NCBI GenBank assembly: GCA_950097015.1
Contig: CATNEN010000039.1
Coordinates: 12,400,001-12,464,000 of the forward strand
DNA length: 64,000 nt
Source: Macrostomum hystrix
Lineage: Eukaryota; Animalia; Platyhelminthes
Direction: 5' to 3'
Shown here: positions 60,550 to 64,000 of the stretch, piece by piece
How the letters are laid out: each line of letters begins with the position of its first letter
Position numbering within the stretch: the stretch's first letter is position 1
Made by a program: the position numbers and the translations under genes
The notes under the pieces: generated by a model
Seen by the model: the letters and a program-made list of their open reading frames with translations, nothing else
Told to the model about the DNA's origin: nothing
Databases searched by the model: none

Positions 60550-62606
60550 GTTTTTTCTGGTTTGAACACTCGCGAAATATTGGCAATTCTAGTAGTATTA
60601 GAAAAACAATTTAAATCGACAGGACAAATACCCAAAGACATTGACTTATTATACTTGCTGCTTAAAAAAGTGGACATTTTGTTCGTTTATCACGCTAGCT
60701 TATAAACATTTTAATAATTGCTTAGACGAATTGTTAAAAGGCAATTGTTGGCGCCAATTCAAAATTTGGATTAGTGGCAATGATGCTATCACCGCTTGAA
60801 ATGTGCAATCATTTCACCCTAAGTAATAGCTTGAACTCTAAAATATCTTTTTACTTTACCTTGGATTTCAAATGCTTATTCTTTCTTCTAATAATATTTA
60901 ACACGATTTTTTAAATTGCGAATACTTATAATGAATTATTTAACGTTGAAGTTGTTAGAATTGATTTTTGCCTTACAACTTTCTCAGTTAGTCTGAGTAC
61001 ATTGTTAGCTGCTGCATGCCTTAGACCTGCTTCAAATATTTATGCTTGTGTGGAAAAAGTGTTGAACTTTACCTTTATATTAGACGTGGCGGATACTTTA
61101 CAATTGATCTTCTATTAAACTATATAACTTTTTGCGCACTTTTTATAACAAATATTTATTTGAATTAAGTAAGTCTCAAATGCAGCTCTTAGCAAAGTAC
61201 TAAATGTTTATTACGCAGCCCTAAGAATTAAACTCAATCAAATCAAAGTTCTTACTTACAAAAGTTTAATCGTCAATAAAAAACTCAACTGTGCCGCAAC
61301 TAGATCTCATTCATTCGTTTGAGCTGCTAATCGGTTTCAATTGCTGTTCTATACAGCATATTAACTTATTAAGACGTCTGAGGGGAAGATTTGTCTGAGA
61401 GGTAGTGAAGAGTATTGTGTTTTGATCAGGCACACAAAACTCCCACATCTAGACGATGGGGAACAATTGCCTGGGAATTCATAACAGTCACGTGACCTTA
61501 CTGCAGTTGCTTCGTCCACCTTGGTAGTGAGTAGTTTGTCGTCTTCTGGGTCTTTGTAAGCCGACGGTTCTTCCTCGTTCTATTGGTCGACCGTGTCTTT
61601 CTGTAGTTCTGAGCCAGTAGGACCTTGTCTCCTGAATCTTCTTGTCTTCTTGGTCTTATTTGCAGCTGCTAGTCGATCCTGTCTGTTGCGCTTGACTTCA
61701 TCTGTTGGCCAACAAAGGTCGAGAGCGAATCAGATTACTTGTCGGTTTCCTCGAGCTCGTAATTAACAATAGAAACTTGCGCCCTAGTGAACAATTGAAA
61801 TCTCTCTAGAGTCTCTCGAATTGGTCCTCCTGAAGGGTGTCTTCTTAGTTACCTCCGACAGATAACGGATAACTCAAATTAATCAATCAATAATAATCTA
61901 GGAATGTATCCTAGGAAACAAGGAGGCCTTTCTCGAATGTATCGACGCTATGTCGCTTGCGTAAACTTAGTTCAATTCAACAAAAATTGCTAGCAATAAA
62001 TAACTCTGTCTAGTAAAGCGCTTACCACTTGTCTTTCCCTCCGAGATGAGTCCTCTTCTTCTTAAAGCTGTTTTGCTGCGGCAGCTTTGACTGTAGATTT
62101 CTTTGATGCCCCGAGCTTGATAGCCCATCGCCCTCTGCTTTTGTCTATGGTCGAATTCCATCGATAAGCACAGCGGGCGGGCCGTGAAATATACCAATAT
62201 TGTCAGGCTGCAGAGGGCTGAACCGAGGTAAAACGTTGAGGCGCGTAGCGCCGTGGCTTTTCACCTCGTTTCAGCTCGAGCAGCCTATCGATATCGGTGT
62301 TGTAGTTAGCGCACGTTTCACGGCCCGCCCGCAGTACATATCTATGGAATTCGACCATAGACAACAGCAGAGGTCAGGCTGCCGTTAGTTTTAACATCGT
62401 TTCAACACGCGTAGGCTAACTACAACGTGAAACTAGCACCAAACGCGTTTCACGGCCCACCCGCTGTGCATATCGATGGAATTCGACCATAGACAACAGC
62501 AGAGGGCGGGCTGCCGTTAGTTTCAGCCTCGTTTCAACACGCGTAGGCTGACTACAATATATCAGTTTTTTCGCTTGTCACTCTTGCTAGGTTCGATTGA
62601 GTTAAA

Positions 62607-63537
62607 ATGGCAACCGTCTCGTTTCACCACATCTGCATCACTATGCTGTGCATGGGTCTCACCTTTGGCATTTTGGCCTGCGCCACGAGTCGTTGGAGTG
62701 GCGGCGGACTGTTTGACTTACACAACGACGGTACGATCTTGTTGAGTTGAAACATAATATATAAATTTTTTACACTTAAAATATAATAGCTCCGTTAAAC
62801 TTTTACGCTTCCTTTTGCAGGTTACGGCAATAGTGTGAAAGCCATGACCATCATCGGCGTCGCTTTTATGGCGTTCGGCCTGCTGCTCGAGATCCTCATG
62901 ATTGTGTCCAACACGTTCAAGCAGAGCAAGGCTATCAACTTATTGTGCCTAGTATGCTGCATTATCAGCAGTGAGTACAAATCCATGTTCCGCTTAATTT
63001 GCCACCCGAGTAAAAGCTTCAGCGTGATTCTTTCTCTCCCAGATTTTATAGCTGGCTCAAACCATCCCTCAAACCAAACCTCGCTCAAACCAAACCAAAC
63101 CAATGCTACGTCCAGCACCCACCACCCGAATTCTACGTCCAGCACCCACCACCCCAATTCTACGTCCAGCACCCACCACCCCAATTCTACATCCAGCACC
63201 CACCACCCCAATTCTACGTCCAGCACCCACCACCCCAACTCTACAGACGGCGCCCACCACCCCACAAATAGCCCGCAATCACCACCTAAATTCTAATGTC
63301 AGGGCCGACGACCCGAAGTCTATTTAAATGCTCTATTTATGTCAACAAGTCTCGAAGCATTTGTATTAAGCGCTCTCCTTGTATGTGCACCCCGCAGTTG
63401 CGGCGCTGATAATTGGCCTCTTCGTGTACGCCTCGCAGTACGCAGTAGGCGGCTACAGCGTCTGGCTGCTGACTGCCAGCACTGTGTTCGCTGCGGAAGC
63501 TCTGTTTTTCTACATCATCCAGTGGCGTTGCGCTTAA
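62607..63537 (+). CDS. 137-aa four-TM claudin/PMP22-like membrane protein, copy 2; exons 62607-62730, 62821-62970, 63398-63537
   Basis: Tandem duplicate of copy 1 about 3.0 kb downstream, with intact frame and splice sites. Confidence 0.8.
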
Positions 63538-64000
63538 GTTTTTTCTGGTTTGAACACGCGCGAAATATTGGCAATTCTACTAGTATTAGAAAGACAATTT
63601 AAATCGACAGGATAAATACCGAAAGATATTGACTTATTATACTTGCTGCTTAAAAAAGTGGATATTTTGTTCGTTTAATACGCTAGCTTATAAACATTTT
63701 AATAATTGCTTAGACGAATTGTTAAAAGGCAATTGTTGGCGCCAATTCAAAATTTGGATTAGTGGCAATGATGCTATCACCGCTTGAAATGTGCAATCTT
63801 TTCACCCAAACTCACTATTGGCGAATACTCATAGTGAGTTTTTCAACGTTGAAGTTGTTAGAATTGATTTTTGTGTTACAACTTTCTCAGTTAGTCTGAG
63901 TACATTGTTAGCTGCTGCATGCCTTAGACCTGCTTCAAATATTTATGCTTGTGTAGAAAAAAGTGTTGAACTTTACCTTTATATTAGACGTGGCGGATAT

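Noticed and set aside
61200-62110. Possible retroelement remnant between the duplicated genes
   Set aside because: No recognisable termini, TSD or protein motif.

Overview
Eukaryotic, intron-rich animal DNA, most likely a Macrostomum-type flatworm. This is inferred from an ATG-ending spliced leader, an anion-type nAChR, GC-rich exons and minisatellite-filled introns. Nine protein-coding genes can be reconstructed by hand from splice sites: the 3' end of an Ala/Gln-rich gene (RBM24/38-like tail); a 10-exon ~1695-aa zinc-finger protein (-); ANKDD1 (+); a Pro-Ala type nAChR subunit (-); MFSD11 (-); a small RIIa/AK5-type docking-domain protein (-); a RalGDS/RGL GEF (+); and two tandem four-TM claudin-like paralogues (+). 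The highlight is a 1.15-kb intron (2045-3195) that holds, antisense to its host gene, a complete spliced-leader (SL) RNA gene linked head-to-tail with a single intact 5S rRNA gene, with a possible third Sm-site RNA between them. The same window has an operon-like gene junction that SL trans-splicing could resolve. Other points: a four-fold repeated ~105-aa extended zinc-finger module, hAT MITEs that carry internal minisatellites, two SINE families, a solo LTR inside a satellite, and more than 20 distinct tandem repeats, many sharing an AATCC(T/C)A core. Most long ORFs in the ORF track are artefacts of these repeats. All identifications come from manual reading and recalled family motifs; no searches were run.
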